From: Polyangiaceae bacterium
GTDB lineage: Bacteria > Myxococcota_A > Polyangia > Polyangiales > Polyangiaceae
DNA length: 64,000 nt
Reading direction: 5' to 3'
Assembly: GCA_044222475.1 (NCBI GenBank)
Contig: JBGANF010000014.1
Coordinates: forward strand, 33,188 to 97,187
The position numbers and the translations under genes are program-made. Shown here piece by piece: positions 49,829 through 60,273 of this stretch (position 1 is its first letter; each line of letters starts with the position of its first letter). Under the pieces are notes generated by a model, which made no database searches, was not told where the DNA came from, and was given only the letters and a program-made list of their open reading frames with translations.

Positions 49829-50725
49829 TTGCGCCTCGTCTACACCGAGAACCTGCACAACTTGCCGCTGCCCCCGGGGCATCGCTTCCCGATCGGCAAG
49901 TACGATCGCATCCACGCAGCGCTCGACCACGATTTCCCCTGGGCGATGCAGCTCGGAGCACCGGCCACCGTGGACGACGTGCTGCTCGTTCACGATCGAG
50001 CGTACGTCGACGCCGTGCGCGAAGGGACGTTGCCTCCCGTCGCCGTGCGTCGTCTGGGGTTTCCGTGGTCGCCGTTGCTCGTCCAGCGATCCCTGCGCAG
50101 CGTGGGGGGAACGCTCGCCACGCTCGCATGGGCGTTCGCGCACGGCGCGGCCGGTCACATCGCCGGTGGGACTCACCACGCGTTTCGCGATCGGGGAGAG
50201 GGCTTCTGCGTCTTCAACGACATCGCCGTCGCGATCGTCAGCGCGCGACGGGACCACGGCGTGCGGCGCTGCGCGGTGATCGATCTCGACGTGCATCAAG
50301 GCAACGGGACCGCGTCGATCTTCGAAGACGACCCCGACGTGATGACGCTCTCGCTCCACGGGGCGAAGAACTACCCGTTTCGAAAGGAACGCAGCACGCT
50401 CGACGTCGATCTGCCCGATGGCTGCGACGACGACGCCTACCTCGCCGCCCTCGCCGGTGCGCTGGATCACGTGGCCGCGTTTCGGCCCGAGGTCCTGTTC
50501 TTCCAGGCCGGCGTCGACGTGCTCGCGGGGGATCGTCTCGGCCGAATGGGGCTCAGCCTCGCTGGGGTCGAGGCGCGCAACGCGGCGGTCTACGCGCTGG
50601 CGAAGAAGCTCGCCGTGCCGCTCGTGGTCACGCTGGGCGGCGGCTATCACCGCGACATCGACGCGTCGGTCGCGGCGCACGTCGCGGTCTACCGCGGGCT
50701 CGTTCGGGCGTTCGCGTCGGTGTAG
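49829..50725 (+). CDS. Histone deacetylase family protein
   Basis: GGTHHA, GFCVFND, DLDVHQGNG and GGGY motifs. Confidence 0.92.
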   Translation: MRLVYTENLHNLPLPPGHRFPIGKYDRIHAALDHDFPWAMQLGAPATVDDVLLVHDRAYVDAVREGTLPPVAVRRLGFPWSPLLVQRSLRSVGGTLATLAWAFAHGAAGHIAGGTHHAFRDRGEGFCVFNDIAVAIVSARRDHGVRRCAVIDLDVHQGNGTASIFEDDPDVMTLSLHGAKNYPFRKERSTLDVDLPDGCDDDAYLAALAGALDHVAAFRPEVLFFQAGVDVLAGDRLGRMGLSLAGVEARNAAVYALAKKLAVPLVVTLGGGYHRDIDASVAAHVAVYRGLVRAFASV

Positions 50726-50734
50726 CCTTCACGG

Positions 50735-51325
50735 ATGCGCCGTCTTCTTTGGCTTCCCGTCGTCGTGATCGCGTGCGGTGGCTCTTCGACGTCGACGATC
50801 GACGCCGGGACCGACGCGGGCATTCGCCCAGCGACCGTCCATCGCGCCGCCTCCGTGGCGTGTCCTACCGATCGGCCGCCCGGCAACCCGCCCTCGATCC
50901 CGGGGACGTGCAAAGACGACAGCGAGTGCACCCAAGGAACGAACGGGCGGTGCACCAGCGTCGCCCTCGGTCCCCCCAAGTGCACCTACGACGCGTGCGG
51001 TTCGGACAAGGATTGCGGCTCGAGCTCCGGTGTCTGCCAGTGCCGCGCGGCGTCGGAGGGCGGAGCGAACGCGTGCCGGCAAGGCAACTGTCGAACCGAC
51101 GGTGACTGCGGCGTCGTCGGAAAAGGCTTCTGCTCGCCGTCGGCGGTGGAGATCGACGTGTACTGTCGCACCGGCATCCCGGTCGGCTCGTTCGGGTACT
51201 TCTGCCACACGCCGAGCGACGAGTGCGTGAACGACTCCGACTGTGGGACGACCGAAACCGGGGCGTGCATCTTCGACGTGCCGAAGCAGCACTGGGTCTG
51301 TCAGAAGCTCATGTGCACGGGGTGA
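50735..51325 (+). CDS. Cys-rich lipoprotein
   Basis: VIAC lipobox; repeated CxxDxDC motifs. Confidence 0.75.
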   Translation: MRRLLWLPVVVIACGGSSTSTIDAGTDAGIRPATVHRAASVACPTDRPPGNPPSIPGTCKDDSECTQGTNGRCTSVALGPPKCTYDACGSDKDCGSSSGVCQCRAASEGGANACRQGNCRTDGDCGVVGKGFCSPSAVEIDVYCRTGIPVGSFGYFCHTPSDECVNDSDCGTTETGACIFDVPKQHWVCQKLMCTG

Positions 51326-52120
51326 TCACTTCAACGAGAGCGCGTTGATCTCGTTGAGGGTGAGGACGCGCTTGTAGATCCGGACGCCGGCGATCTTTCC
51401 GTGGAAGGCCGAGGTGCCCACGCTGTTCGCCCCGATCGTGATCGGGACCGGCACCAGCCCGAGCGCCGCCGGACCGGGGCCCGACTGACCGGGCGACCCG
51501 TCGCGAAAGACGGCGATCGTGGTCGAGTCGTAGGTCCCGGCGACGTGGGTGAACTTGCCGAACGTGAGACCGTTCGCGGATGCCTGCGTGATCGGGGCGG
51601 AGAAGGCGGTGAACACGACCTGGGGATCCTTCGTGATCGCCAGGCCCCACACGGCGGCGTTGATCGACTCGTACCGGGCCACGACGTCGCCGAACTGATC
51701 GGTCTGCGTGGTCGCCGGCTCCACCCAGGCGGCCACGGTGAACGGCCCCACCACCCGGAGCTCCTGTGCGTCGACCACCGTCACCATCCCCCCGCTGAAC
51801 TGCAGCGCAGGGAGGCCGCTCCGGCCCGTCGTCCATGCCACGCCCGCTCCGAAGGTTCCCGTGTATTTCCCGGTGCAATCGTGGATCGTGGTCCCTTTGC
51901 CCTCGGTCATCGGGAAGACGACGAAGGCGCCGGCCACGTCGTCGCAGCCGGAAAGGCTGCCGTCCCCCTCGTCGCCGGCATCCGCCGGCGGCTGGGCGTC
52001 GCTCCCCGGCTCGGGGAGGACGTCGCTGAACGAGGGCAAGAGACACGCGATGGATGAAAGACCGGTCGTCACGGCGAGCGAGGCCAAGAGCAACCGTTGC
52101 GACCGTAGGGACCACCCCAT
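51326..52120 (-). CDS. LamG-like jellyroll lipoprotein
   Basis: FTVAAWV, HVAGTYD and IYKRVLT motifs. Confidence 0.8.
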   Translation of the reverse strand: MGWSLRSQRLLLASLAVTTGLSSIACLLPSFSDVLPEPGSDAQPPADAGDEGDGSLSGCDDVAGAFVVFPMTEGKGTTIHDCTGKYTGTFGAGVAWTTGRSGLPALQFSGGMVTVVDAQELRVVGPFTVAAWVEPATTQTDQFGDVVARYESINAAVWGLAITKDPQVVFTAFSAPITQASANGLTFGKFTHVAGTYDSTTIAVFRDGSPGQSGPGPAALGLVPVPITIGANSVGTSAFHGKIAGVRIYKRVLTLNEINALSLK

Positions 52121-52185
52121 CTCCGCCAGGATAGCATCCTTGTCGATCGATTTCCTCGGTCCGTCATCCGGGGTACGCTGGCACT

Positions 52186-53709
52186 GTGGGCACGTCGTCG
52201 ACCCAGGATTCCCCCGACCGGGCGCCCCTGCGCATCGTCGGTCGATACGCGCTCTACGGGGAGATCGCGTCGGGCGGCATGGCGACGGTGCACTTCGGTC
52301 GCCTCCTCGGCCCCGTCGGCTTCGCGCGCACGGTCGCGATCAAGCGGCTCCACCCGCACCTCGCCAAGGATCCCGATTTCTCGGCGATGTTCCTCGACGA
52401 GGCGCGCGTGGCCGCTCGGATTCAGCACCAGAACGTCGTCTCGACGATCGACGTCGTCGCGCTCGACGGCGAGATGTTCCTCGTCATGGAGTACGTCGAC
52501 GGCGAGTCGCTGTCGCGCCTCCTTCGGACCACGCGCGAGCGGGGCGGCTCGGTCGACCCACGGATCGCCGTCGCGATCGTGAGCGGCGTCCTCCACGGGC
52601 TCCACGCCGCCCACGAAGCCAAGAACGAGCGGGGCGAGCCGCTCCACATCGTCCACCGAGACGTCTCGCCACAGAACGTGCTCGTCGGTCGGGACGGAAG
52701 CGCTCGCGTGCTCGACTTCGGAGTCGCCAAGGCAGCGGGCAAGCTCCACACGACGCGCGAAGGCAGCCTCAAGGGGAAGGTGGCGTACATGCCGCCGGAG
52801 CAGCTCCGGAGCGAGCCGCTCGATCGTCGCGCGGACGTCTACTCCGCGGCGGTCGTGCTTTGGGAGACGCTCGCTGCGCGGAAGCTCTTCTCCGGTGAGA
52901 ACGAAGCCGCCCTCCTCGAGCAGATCCTGTTCGGTACCATCGAGCCGCCGAGCAAGGTGACCCCCGGCGTGCCGGTCGAGCTCGACGCGATCGTGCTGAA
53001 GGGGCTCGAGCGTGATCGCGAGAAGCGGTACCAGACGGCGCAGGAGATGGCGCTCGCGCTGGAGGGCGCCTTGCAGCCCGCGCTCGCGAGCAGCGTGTCG
53101 GAGTGGGTCAAGAAGGTCGCCGCCGAGACCCTCGCTGCCCGAGCCGCGCGCGTCGCCGACATCGAGAGCTCGTCCGACATCAGCGGGCTCATTCAAGCCA
53201 CCGCGCAGGACGAGACCAAGGCCGCGGCCGACGTGAGCGGTGCCCTCGCAGCGATCAGCGCGAGCTCGGCTCGTATCGTGGTCGATCCGGCCAACTCGCA
53301 GGTGTCTTCCATTTCGGTGGCGCGCGGACCGACGCCGCAGTCGCGCCGGCCGGTGATCGGTCTCACGATCGCGCTCGCTCTGATGGCCGGCCTCGTCGTG
53401 GTGCTGCTCGTCGTTCGACCGTGGAGCTCGACCGTTCCGTCGACGCCGTCGAGCGCCGCAGCGAGCGCGACCGCGACGACTCCGCCGGTCGCCGTCCCCA
53501 GCACCGCCACGGCGTCGGCTCCCGCGGTTTCCGCGAGCGCGTCGCCGACCGCGAGCGTCGCGGCCTCGTCCTCGGCGCTCGCCGTGCGACCCAAACCGTC
53601 CGCCAGGCCGACCGGAACGGCGGCCACCGCTGCGTCGTCGGACGACTGCAAGGTGCCCTACACCGTCGATGCGAACGGAACGATGATTTACAAGCGGCAA
53701 TGCCTGTAA
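52186..53709 (+). CDS. Membrane Ser/Thr protein kinase
   Basis: GGMATV, VAIK, HRDVSPQN, DFG and YMPPE motifs; TM helix. Confidence 0.95.
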   Translation: MGTSSTQDSPDRAPLRIVGRYALYGEIASGGMATVHFGRLLGPVGFARTVAIKRLHPHLAKDPDFSAMFLDEARVAARIQHQNVVSTIDVVALDGEMFLVMEYVDGESLSRLLRTTRERGGSVDPRIAVAIVSGVLHGLHAAHEAKNERGEPLHIVHRDVSPQNVLVGRDGSARVLDFGVAKAAGKLHTTREGSLKGKVAYMPPEQLRSEPLDRRADVYSAAVVLWETLAARKLFSGENEAALLEQILFGTIEPPSKVTPGVPVELDAIVLKGLERDREKRYQTAQEMALALEGALQPALASSVSEWVKKVAAETLAARAARVADIESSSDISGLIQATAQDETKAAADVSGALAAISASSARIVVDPANSQVSSISVARGPTPQSRRPVIGLTIALALMAGLVVVLLVVRPWSSTVPSTPSSAAASATATTPPVAVPSTATASAPAVSASASPTASVAASSSALAVRPKPSARPTGTAATAASSDDCKVPYTVDANGTMIYKRQCL

Positions 53710-53724
53710 TCTCCTAGGACGAGC

Positions 53725-54612
53725 ATGAGAGTGCGTGTCCTTTCGATGGCCATCGTTCTCGCGGTGGCGGCTCCTTCGCTGTCGTTCGCGAGCGACAAGG
53801 AAGAGTGCGCGACCGCCGCCGAGCAGGCGCAGCGCCTTCGCGCCGAGAAGAAGCTCCGCGCTGCGAGGCAGCAGACCATCCTCTGCGCGCGCGACGTGTG
53901 CCCTGCGCTCATCCGCAACGACTGCATCAAGTGGCTGCGCGACGTCGACGCTGCGTTGCCCACCGTGATCATCCGCGTGCGTGATGGCAACGACAAGGAT
54001 CTCCTCGCGGTGCGCGTCACCGTCGACGGTCAACCGTTCGCCGGCCAACTCGACGGCACCGCGCAGCCCGTCGACACCGGACCCCACACGTTCCGCTACG
54101 AGTCCGACGGGATGGAGCCGTACGAGGAGCAGGTGCTCATCTCGCAGGGCGAGAAGGATCGCGTGCTGAAGGTGCAGCTGAAGCCGAAGGGCGGAGCGCA
54201 GCAGCCGCACGGTCCGGACGGGAAGCAGCCCGACCAACCGCCGCCCCCGCAAGGGCCGGACAAGCCGTCGTCGGGGCCGGGGGTCGGGCCGTGGATCATC
54301 GGCGGCATCGGCGCGGCCGGGCTCGTGGCGTTCGGCATCCTCGAGACGACGGGGCAGCTCGGCTACTCGAGCCTTCGCACCGGGTGTGGGGCGACGCCGC
54401 AGAAGTGCACCGAGGACGACGTCGCTCCGGTTCGGCTGCAGCTGCAGCTCGCGGTCGTCGGTTTGGCGATCGGGGTCGTCGGCGTCGGCGTCGCCGTCAC
54501 GTGGCTGATCGTCGGATCGAGCTCGAGCAAGCCCGCGGCCGCGGCCGCGTCTCACATCGACTTCAGCCCGCTCCCCGGCGGCGCGTACGGCGGGTTCCGC
54601 ACTACGTTCTGA
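53725..54612 (+). CDS. PEGA-like domain secreted/membrane protein
   Basis: Signal peptide; VTVDG...GPH; hydrophobic C-terminal segments; follows the kinase. Confidence 0.7.
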   Translation: MRVRVLSMAIVLAVAAPSLSFASDKEECATAAEQAQRLRAEKKLRAARQQTILCARDVCPALIRNDCIKWLRDVDAALPTVIIRVRDGNDKDLLAVRVTVDGQPFAGQLDGTAQPVDTGPHTFRYESDGMEPYEEQVLISQGEKDRVLKVQLKPKGGAQQPHGPDGKQPDQPPPPQGPDKPSSGPGVGPWIIGGIGAAGLVAFGILETTGQLGYSSLRTGCGATPQKCTEDDVAPVRLQLQLAVVGLAIGVVGVGVAVTWLIVGSSSSKPAAAAASHIDFSPLPGGAYGGFRTTF

Positions 54613-55549
54613 CGCGCCGCCCCGCGTGGCGCATCAAGAGGCCCATCACGCGGTCGACGGAGGGATCGCCGCGTCGGTCCGGCCGGCACACCGCCCAAAA
54701 GCGCGACCGTTCGAAGTGCGCGGTCACGTCGCGAACGACGACCCCATCGTCCTTCACCGCGTGCCCGGGGAGCAGCGAGAGGAACGTCGCGCCGAGGCCG
54801 CATCGCACGTACTCGAGCGCAGACGCGCGCCCGTCGACCTCGACGCGGATCGTCGCTCCGAGCGGACCCAATCGATCCATCACTCGCGCGCGAGTTCGAG
54901 ACGACTCGCCGAAGAGCACGAGCGGCACGGCCGCCATGCGGGCCGGCGTGAGGTCTCGCTCGCGGGCGAGCGGGTGACGTAGCGGAAGCGCGAGCCACAG
55001 CCGGTCCTCGGCGAGGAGCTGGGCGGCGAGCGCCGCCGGAGGGCGCGCGCCGCGGAGCACGCCGACGTCGGCGTCGCCGCCGACGACGAGGCGTTCGCAG
55101 AGCGTGCCGCCCGCGCGTCGCACGACGAGATCGACGGGGGCGCCCTTCTCGAGATCGACGAGCACGCGCGGGAGGAGCTGCGCGGTGATCGTCCCGGTGC
55201 ACGCGACGACGACGCGCTCGCGCGCCGACTTCACGTCGCGACCGAGGTCGCGCGTCGCCGCGAGGATCGACGTCGCGCGGCTCGCCAGCCGCTCGCCGGC
55301 GGCGGTCGGCGCGAGCGTCGAGCCGCGCCCGCGGAAGAGCGGCGCATCGATCCAGCGAACGAGCGCCTGGATCCGGCGCCGGAGCACGCTCCGATCGACC
55401 TCGAGCTCGTCGGCGGCGTGCTCGAACGCGCCGCGGCCTCCGCGGCGCACGTGGCCGACGAGGGTGACGTAGGACTCGAGGTGGACGAGGAGGTCCTTCA
55501 ATGATGCGTAGTGTGCATCAAATCGATGCTCATGGTGCGTGGAATGCAC
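54602..55549 (-). CDS. LysR-family transcriptional regulator
   Basis: FEHAADEL..DRSVLRRRIQAL, PLF.G...PTAAG; substrate-binding domain. Start uncertain. Confidence 0.88.
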   Translation of the reverse strand: MHSTHHEHRFDAHYASLKDLLVHLESYVTLVGHVRRGGRGAFEHAADELEVDRSVLRRRIQALVRWIDAPLFRGRGSTLAPTAAGERLASRATSILAATRDLGRDVKSARERVVVACTGTITAQLLPRVLVDLEKGAPVDLVVRRAGGTLCERLVVGGDADVGVLRGARPPAALAAQLLAEDRLWLALPLRHPLARERDLTPARMAAVPLVLFGESSRTRARVMDRLGPLGATIRVEVDGRASALEYVRCGLGATFLSLLPGHAVKDDGVVVRDVTAHFERSRFWAVCRPDRRGDPSVDRVMGLLMRHAGRRVRT

Positions 55550-55575
55550 CCAGTGGCAGGGTCATCCTGACTGGC

Positions 55576-56067
55576 ATGATGCCGACCCACCTGATCGTCC
55601 TCGCCGTCGTCGTTCACCAGGACCGGTACCTCGTCGTGGAGGAGCGCGACGGCTCGTTCTATCTGCCCGCCGGGAAGGTCGAGCCGGGCGAGAACCTCGT
55701 CGCTGCGGTCGTCCGAGAGACGATCGAGGAGGCGGGGGTGCTCGTGGGCCTCTCCGGGATCCTCGGGTTCGACCACGAGGCGATCGGCGGTCGGGCTCGG
55801 CTCCGCTTCGTGTTCGTGGGGTGGCCCGCGACCACCCAGGCACCGAAATCGTCAGCCGACGAACACTCCCGGGGAGCCCTATGGGCCACCCGCGAGGAGA
55901 TCGGCGCGATGCGCCTGCGCCACCCCGAGGTGCTGCGGTGGATCGATCTCCAACGCAGCGGACGGCCGCTCCTTCCGTGCGTCGCCTACGAGACCCACGG
56001 ATTGAACGCACGTTTCGAGTACGATGGCGGCACCGCGGCCACTGGTCTTCGGCGGGCGCGGACCTAG
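55576..56067 (+). CDS. NUDIX hydrolase
   Basis: PAGKVEPGE...RETIEEAG Nudix box. Confidence 0.9.
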   Translation: MMPTHLIVLAVVVHQDRYLVVEERDGSFYLPAGKVEPGENLVAAVVRETIEEAGVLVGLSGILGFDHEAIGGRARLRFVFVGWPATTQAPKSSADEHSRGALWATREEIGAMRLRHPEVLRWIDLQRSGRPLLPCVAYETHGLNARFEYDGGTAATGLRRART

Positions 56068-56078
56068 AGATCAAGTCA

Positions 56079-57977
56079 ATGAGACTCTTTTCGATCGCCC
56101 TCGCGAGCGTGAACTCCACCGTCGGCGCGGTCCAGAGCAACACGGAGCGGGTGCGCGGGCTCGCCGAGCGCGCAGCAGCTGCTGGCGCGACGTTGGTCGT
56201 GTTCCCCGAGCAAGCCCTCGGCGGCTACGCGCCGGAGGACCTGGTCCAGTGGCGCGCGTTCGTCGACGCGCAGTGGTCGGCGCTCGAGCGCTTCGCCCAG
56301 GCGACGAAGAGCCTGCCGATCGTGAGCGCGGTCGGCGTCACGGTCGACATCGACGCGCGCCTCTTCAACGCCGCCGCGCTCGTGCATCGCGGTGCGGTGC
56401 TCGGCGTCGTCCCCAAGGAGAAGCTCCCGACCTACAACGTCTTCTACGAGGCGCGCACGTTCGCGTCCGGCTCACCGGGCGCCCGCGGCACCGTTCGCGG
56501 CGTGCCGTTCGGCGATCTCGTCTTCGACGTCGGCGTCACCACGATCGCGCTCGAGGTCTGCGAGGATCTCTGGTCGCCCGACGGACCGATGCGGCGCCGC
56601 TGCTACGCCGGCGCCGAGATCGTCGCGAACCTGTCGGCCTCGCCGTTCCGCGTGGGCGTCGCCGAGACGCGGCGCGAGATGATCGCGACTCGCGCTGGGG
56701 ACAACCAGTGCATCGTCGCCTACGCGAACCTCGTCGGCGCGAACGACGGTCTCATCTTCGACGGTGGCGGCTGGGTCGCTCAGAACGGGCGACTGCTGCT
56801 CGAGGCGCCTCGCTTTCGCGAAGGGCTCGCGACGGTCACGCTGGATCTCGATCGCACGCGGCGACTTCGCCACGAGAACACGACGTGGCGCGGCGACCGC
56901 GAGCGCGTCCTCGCCGAGACGCCGCTCGTCCAGCGGATCGAGGTCCCGGTCGAGCTCGAGCTCGGCCACTTGCGGTACCCCGTGCCGGCGCACAAGAGCT
57001 TCTTCCTCCCTGGTCCGGAGGCCTCGAAGCCGTCCGCGCGCGCAGCGTTCTGTGAAGAGCTCCTCGACGCGCTCGCGCTCGGCATCGGCGACTACTTCGA
57101 GAAGACCGGCGCGTTCAAGACGATCGGCGTCGCGCTCTCCGGCGGGCGCGACAGCTTGCTGTGCATGCTGCTCGCGCGGCGCTACCTCGATCGGCGCTTC
57201 GCGGATCTCTCGAAGGCGCAGCGCGACGTCAAGGCGCGCGAGATCCTCCGCGGCTTCTTCATGCCGAGCAAGTACTCCTCGGCCGAGACGCGCGCGGCCG
57301 CGAAGGCCACCGCCGACGAGGTGGGCGCGCCGTTCGTCGAGTCGTCGATCGACGAGGCATTCGAGCGCGAGGTGAAGGCGGTCGAAGCGATGCTCCAACC
57401 GGGCGAGGCGCTGAGCGGCCTCGCGCGCCAGAACGCGCAGGCCCGCGTGCGAGCCGAGCGCATGTGGACGTGGTCGAACAGCGCCGCGGCCCTGTTCCTC
57501 CAGACGAGCAACATGAGCGAGAAGGCCGTCGGCTACACGACGATCGGCGGCGACCTCGAGGGCGCGCTCTCGGTCGTCGCGAACGTCCCGAAGACGGTCG
57601 TGAACTACCTCCTCGACTACCTCCACGAGACGACCGGCTCGAAGGCGATCGAGCTCACCCTGAAGAAGCCCGCTTCGGCCGAGCTCGCCGCAGATCAAGA
57701 AGACGAGAAGGATCTGATGCCGTTCCCGGTGCTCGACGCGTGCTTCGCGCTCTACGCCGGCGAGAAGATGTCGGTCGCCGAGGTGAAGGTCGTCCTCCAC
57801 GAGATGTTCCCCGAGCACGCCGCCAAGTGCGACGCGTGGGCGGAGCGCTTCGGCCGGCTCTTCGTCTCGTCGATCTACAAGTGGGTCCAGGCGCCGCTCG
57901 CGCTGCACGTCGGCAACCTCGACCTCGATCGCGAGCGCGCGCTCCAGCTGCCGGTGGTCCAACGCACCGAGTGGTGA
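56079..57977 (+). CDS. nadE: Glutamine-dependent NAD+ synthetase
   Basis: Nitrilase domain (FPE, K, VCED) plus SGGRDS, QNAQAR and SAEL motifs. Confidence 0.95.
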   Translation: MRLFSIALASVNSTVGAVQSNTERVRGLAERAAAAGATLVVFPEQALGGYAPEDLVQWRAFVDAQWSALERFAQATKSLPIVSAVGVTVDIDARLFNAAALVHRGAVLGVVPKEKLPTYNVFYEARTFASGSPGARGTVRGVPFGDLVFDVGVTTIALEVCEDLWSPDGPMRRRCYAGAEIVANLSASPFRVGVAETRREMIATRAGDNQCIVAYANLVGANDGLIFDGGGWVAQNGRLLLEAPRFREGLATVTLDLDRTRRLRHENTTWRGDRERVLAETPLVQRIEVPVELELGHLRYPVPAHKSFFLPGPEASKPSARAAFCEELLDALALGIGDYFEKTGAFKTIGVALSGGRDSLLCMLLARRYLDRRFADLSKAQRDVKAREILRGFFMPSKYSSAETRAAAKATADEVGAPFVESSIDEAFEREVKAVEAMLQPGEALSGLARQNAQARVRAERMWTWSNSAAALFLQTSNMSEKAVGYTTIGGDLEGALSVVANVPKTVVNYLLDYLHETTGSKAIELTLKKPASAELAADQEDEKDLMPFPVLDACFALYAGEKMSVAEVKVVLHEMFPEHAAKCDAWAERFGRLFVSSIYKWVQAPLALHVGNLDLDRERALQLPVVQRTEW

Positions 57978-57982
57978 GGGGG

Positions 57983-58465
57983 CTAGTTACGCGACGTGAT
58001 TCGGAGATAGTAGCCGTCGGGATCCGCCACGCGGAAGTCCGTGGCGCCCCACGGCCGCCGCGTGAGCGGCGAGAGGATCGTCCCCTTCGCCTGCGTGACC
58101 GCGGCGTAGTAGTTGGTCACGTCGTTCACTTCGAGGACGATCTCCGCGCCGAGCCCCCGGCGTTGCGTTCCGAGCTCCGGGTTGAAGTAGTGGCTCGACG
58201 AGAGGGAGCTCGCGGCGTTGAGCCCGAGGGAAAACTTGCCGGCTCGCACCACGGCATAGTCGGTCTCGGAGAACACGAGCTCGAAGCCCAGCGTGCCGGT
58301 GTAGAAGCTCACCGACTTCTGCACGTCACCCACCATGAGCTCCAGGCGCTCGGTCATGCTGTCGCGGTTCGCGGGATCGAGCGCGGCCGGAGGTGGGTCG
58401 GCCACCGCCGACGAGTTGCACGCGGCGAGCGAGAGCGCGAAGGCGAGTCCGAGCTTGCGGAGCAT
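57983..58465 (-). CDS. VOC/glyoxalase family lipoprotein
   Basis: LAAC lipobox; FY..TLGF and PWG..DF.V.DPDGY motifs. Confidence 0.85.
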   Translation of the reverse strand: MLRKLGLAFALSLAACNSSAVADPPPAALDPANRDSMTERLELMVGDVQKSVSFYTGTLGFELVFSETDYAVVRAGKFSLGLNAASSLSSSHYFNPELGTQRRGLGAEIVLEVNDVTNYYAAVTQAKGTILSPLTRRPWGATDFRVADPDGYYLRITSRN

Positions 58466-58483
58466 CCCCTCAGGATACGCTCG

Positions 58484-59311
58484 TCACGGCTCTTCGAGGC
58501 TGATTCTCCCGAGGGCGCCGGACCGGAAATCGTGGACGAGCGCGTCCGACGCTTTGTGCATGTCGATGACTCCGCCCGCGCGGAGGGCGCCTCGGCGGCG
58601 ACCGATCGCCTCGAGCAGCTCGGTCGGTGAGCTGGGCAGCGCGTCGAGTCGATAACGAGCACGGAGGAGGGCCGGGTAGCGTTCGAGCAGAAAGCGCGCG
58701 CCGAAGAGCGCGACGCTCTCGTAGTCGATCGCGGTGTCGGGGATGGCACCGCCCAGCGCCAAGCGGAGAGCGGCGTTCGCATCCTCGATCTTTGGCCACA
58801 TGAGCCCCGGATGGTCGGTGAGGACGATCCCGTTCGGCAGCACGACCTGCTGCTTCGCCTTCGTGACCGCCGGCTCGTCGCCGACCTTGGCGACCTTGCG
58901 GCCCATCAGCGTGTTGATGAGGGTCGACTTTCCCACGTTGGGAACGCCGACGATCATCGCGCGGAGGACCTTCTTGTCCGCCGGCGTACGACGGGCCAGG
59001 CGGTAACAGAGCTCGGGAATGCGCGCCTTGATCTCGTTCGCGCGCTCGGTGGTGACCGCGATCGCGAGGACCGACGGGTCGCGCTCGAAATGGCGTAGCC
59101 ACCTCTCGGTGACGGCGGCATCGGCGAGATCGCTCTTGCTCATCACCTCGAGGCACGGCTTCGCGCCGCGAAGCTCCGCGACGAGCGGGTTTCGACTCGC
59201 GGCCGGCATGCGCCCGTCGAGGACCTCGATCACGACGTCGACCGACGGCATCGTCTCGGCGATGACCTTGCGCGCCTTGGTCATGTGCCCGGGGAACCAC
59301 TGGATGGACAT
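58484..59311 (-). CDS. rbgA: Ribosome biogenesis GTPase YlqF/RbgA
   Basis: IQWFPGHM, EVLDGR and GVPNVGKS motifs. Confidence 0.93.
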   Translation of the reverse strand: MSIQWFPGHMTKARKVIAETMPSVDVVIEVLDGRMPAASRNPLVAELRGAKPCLEVMSKSDLADAAVTERWLRHFERDPSVLAIAVTTERANEIKARIPELCYRLARRTPADKKVLRAMIVGVPNVGKSTLINTLMGRKVAKVGDEPAVTKAKQQVVLPNGIVLTDHPGLMWPKIEDANAALRLALGGAIPDTAIDYESVALFGARFLLERYPALLRARYRLDALPSSPTELLEAIGRRRGALRAGGVIDMHKASDALVHDFRSGALGRISLEEP

Positions 59312-60273
59312 CAGCGGGCTCCTCGCGCGCGTTCGTACTCCGCCATCACGCGCTTCACGATCTCGGCGACCGGGACGACGTCGTGGACGAGCCCCGAGCT
59401 CTGACCCGCGCTCCATAGCGCGCGCTCGCCCTTGCGCACCTGATCCATCTTGCGCGAAGCGATCACCATCATCGCCTTCTGCGTCCAGCCCCGCGTTCGG
59501 CGGTTGCGCAAGAGGAGCGCGAGCGGCAGCGGCAGCGCGGTGCCGGCGCGCTCGAGCTCCGGCGTCTTGAGGTAGCTCCCCATGACGCCGGAGAGTCGCT
59601 CCGTCAGCACGAGATCGTCGGCGCTCGCATCGACGATCGCCTTCTTCCACCCGGCCGCCGCCGCGCACTCGGTCGACGCGATGAATCGCGTCCCCATCTG
59701 CACGCCGCTCGCGCCCAGCGCCATCGCGGCGGCGAGGCCGCGCCCGTCGGCGACCCCACCCGCGCAGATCACCGGCACGCGCACGCGATCCACGAGGTTC
59801 GGCACGAGCGCGAACGGAGAGATGTGCCCCGCGTGCCCGCCCGCGCCGGCGACGACCGCGTTGAGCGCGTCTGCCCCGGCCGCGACGCACTTCTCGCCGT
59901 GGGCGACCGTCGCGACGTCGCAGATGACCTTCGCTCCCGCGTCGTGCGCCGCGCGAATCGTGCTCGCCGGATCTCCGAGCGAGAGCACGAAGATCGGCGT
60001 CTTCGCTTCGAGCGCCGCGTCGAGCTGTCGCCGGAGCAGGACGTTGGCCTTGTTCACGATGAGGTTCACCGCGAACGGCCCCTTCGTGCGCGATCGGATC
60101 GTCGCGAGCGCGCGCGCGAACTCCGGCACGCTCCGGTAGTTGTGCGGCGGGAGCCCCGCGACGATCCCGGCTTCGGCGGCGGCGACCACGAGGTTCTCCT
60201 CCGAGACCGCGGTCATCGGTCCGACCAGGATGGGCGCTCGGATTCCGAGGAGCTTAGTGAGCGCGTTCTTCAT
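59311..60273 (-). CDS. Nitronate monooxygenase / FabK-like flavin oxidoreductase
   Basis: PFAVNL, AGGHAG, AGGVADG and GVQMGTRF motifs. Confidence 0.9.
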   Translation of the reverse strand: MKNALTKLLGIRAPILVGPMTAVSEENLVVAAAEAGIVAGLPPHNYRSVPEFARALATIRSRTKGPFAVNLIVNKANVLLRRQLDAALEAKTPIFVLSLGDPASTIRAAHDAGAKVICDVATVAHGEKCVAAGADALNAVVAGAGGHAGHISPFALVPNLVDRVRVPVICAGGVADGRGLAAAMALGASGVQMGTRFIASTECAAAAGWKKAIVDASADDLVLTERLSGVMGSYLKTPELERAGTALPLPLALLLRNRRTRGWTQKAMMVIASRKMDQVRKGERALWSAGQSSGLVHDVVPVAEIVKRVMAEYERARGAR

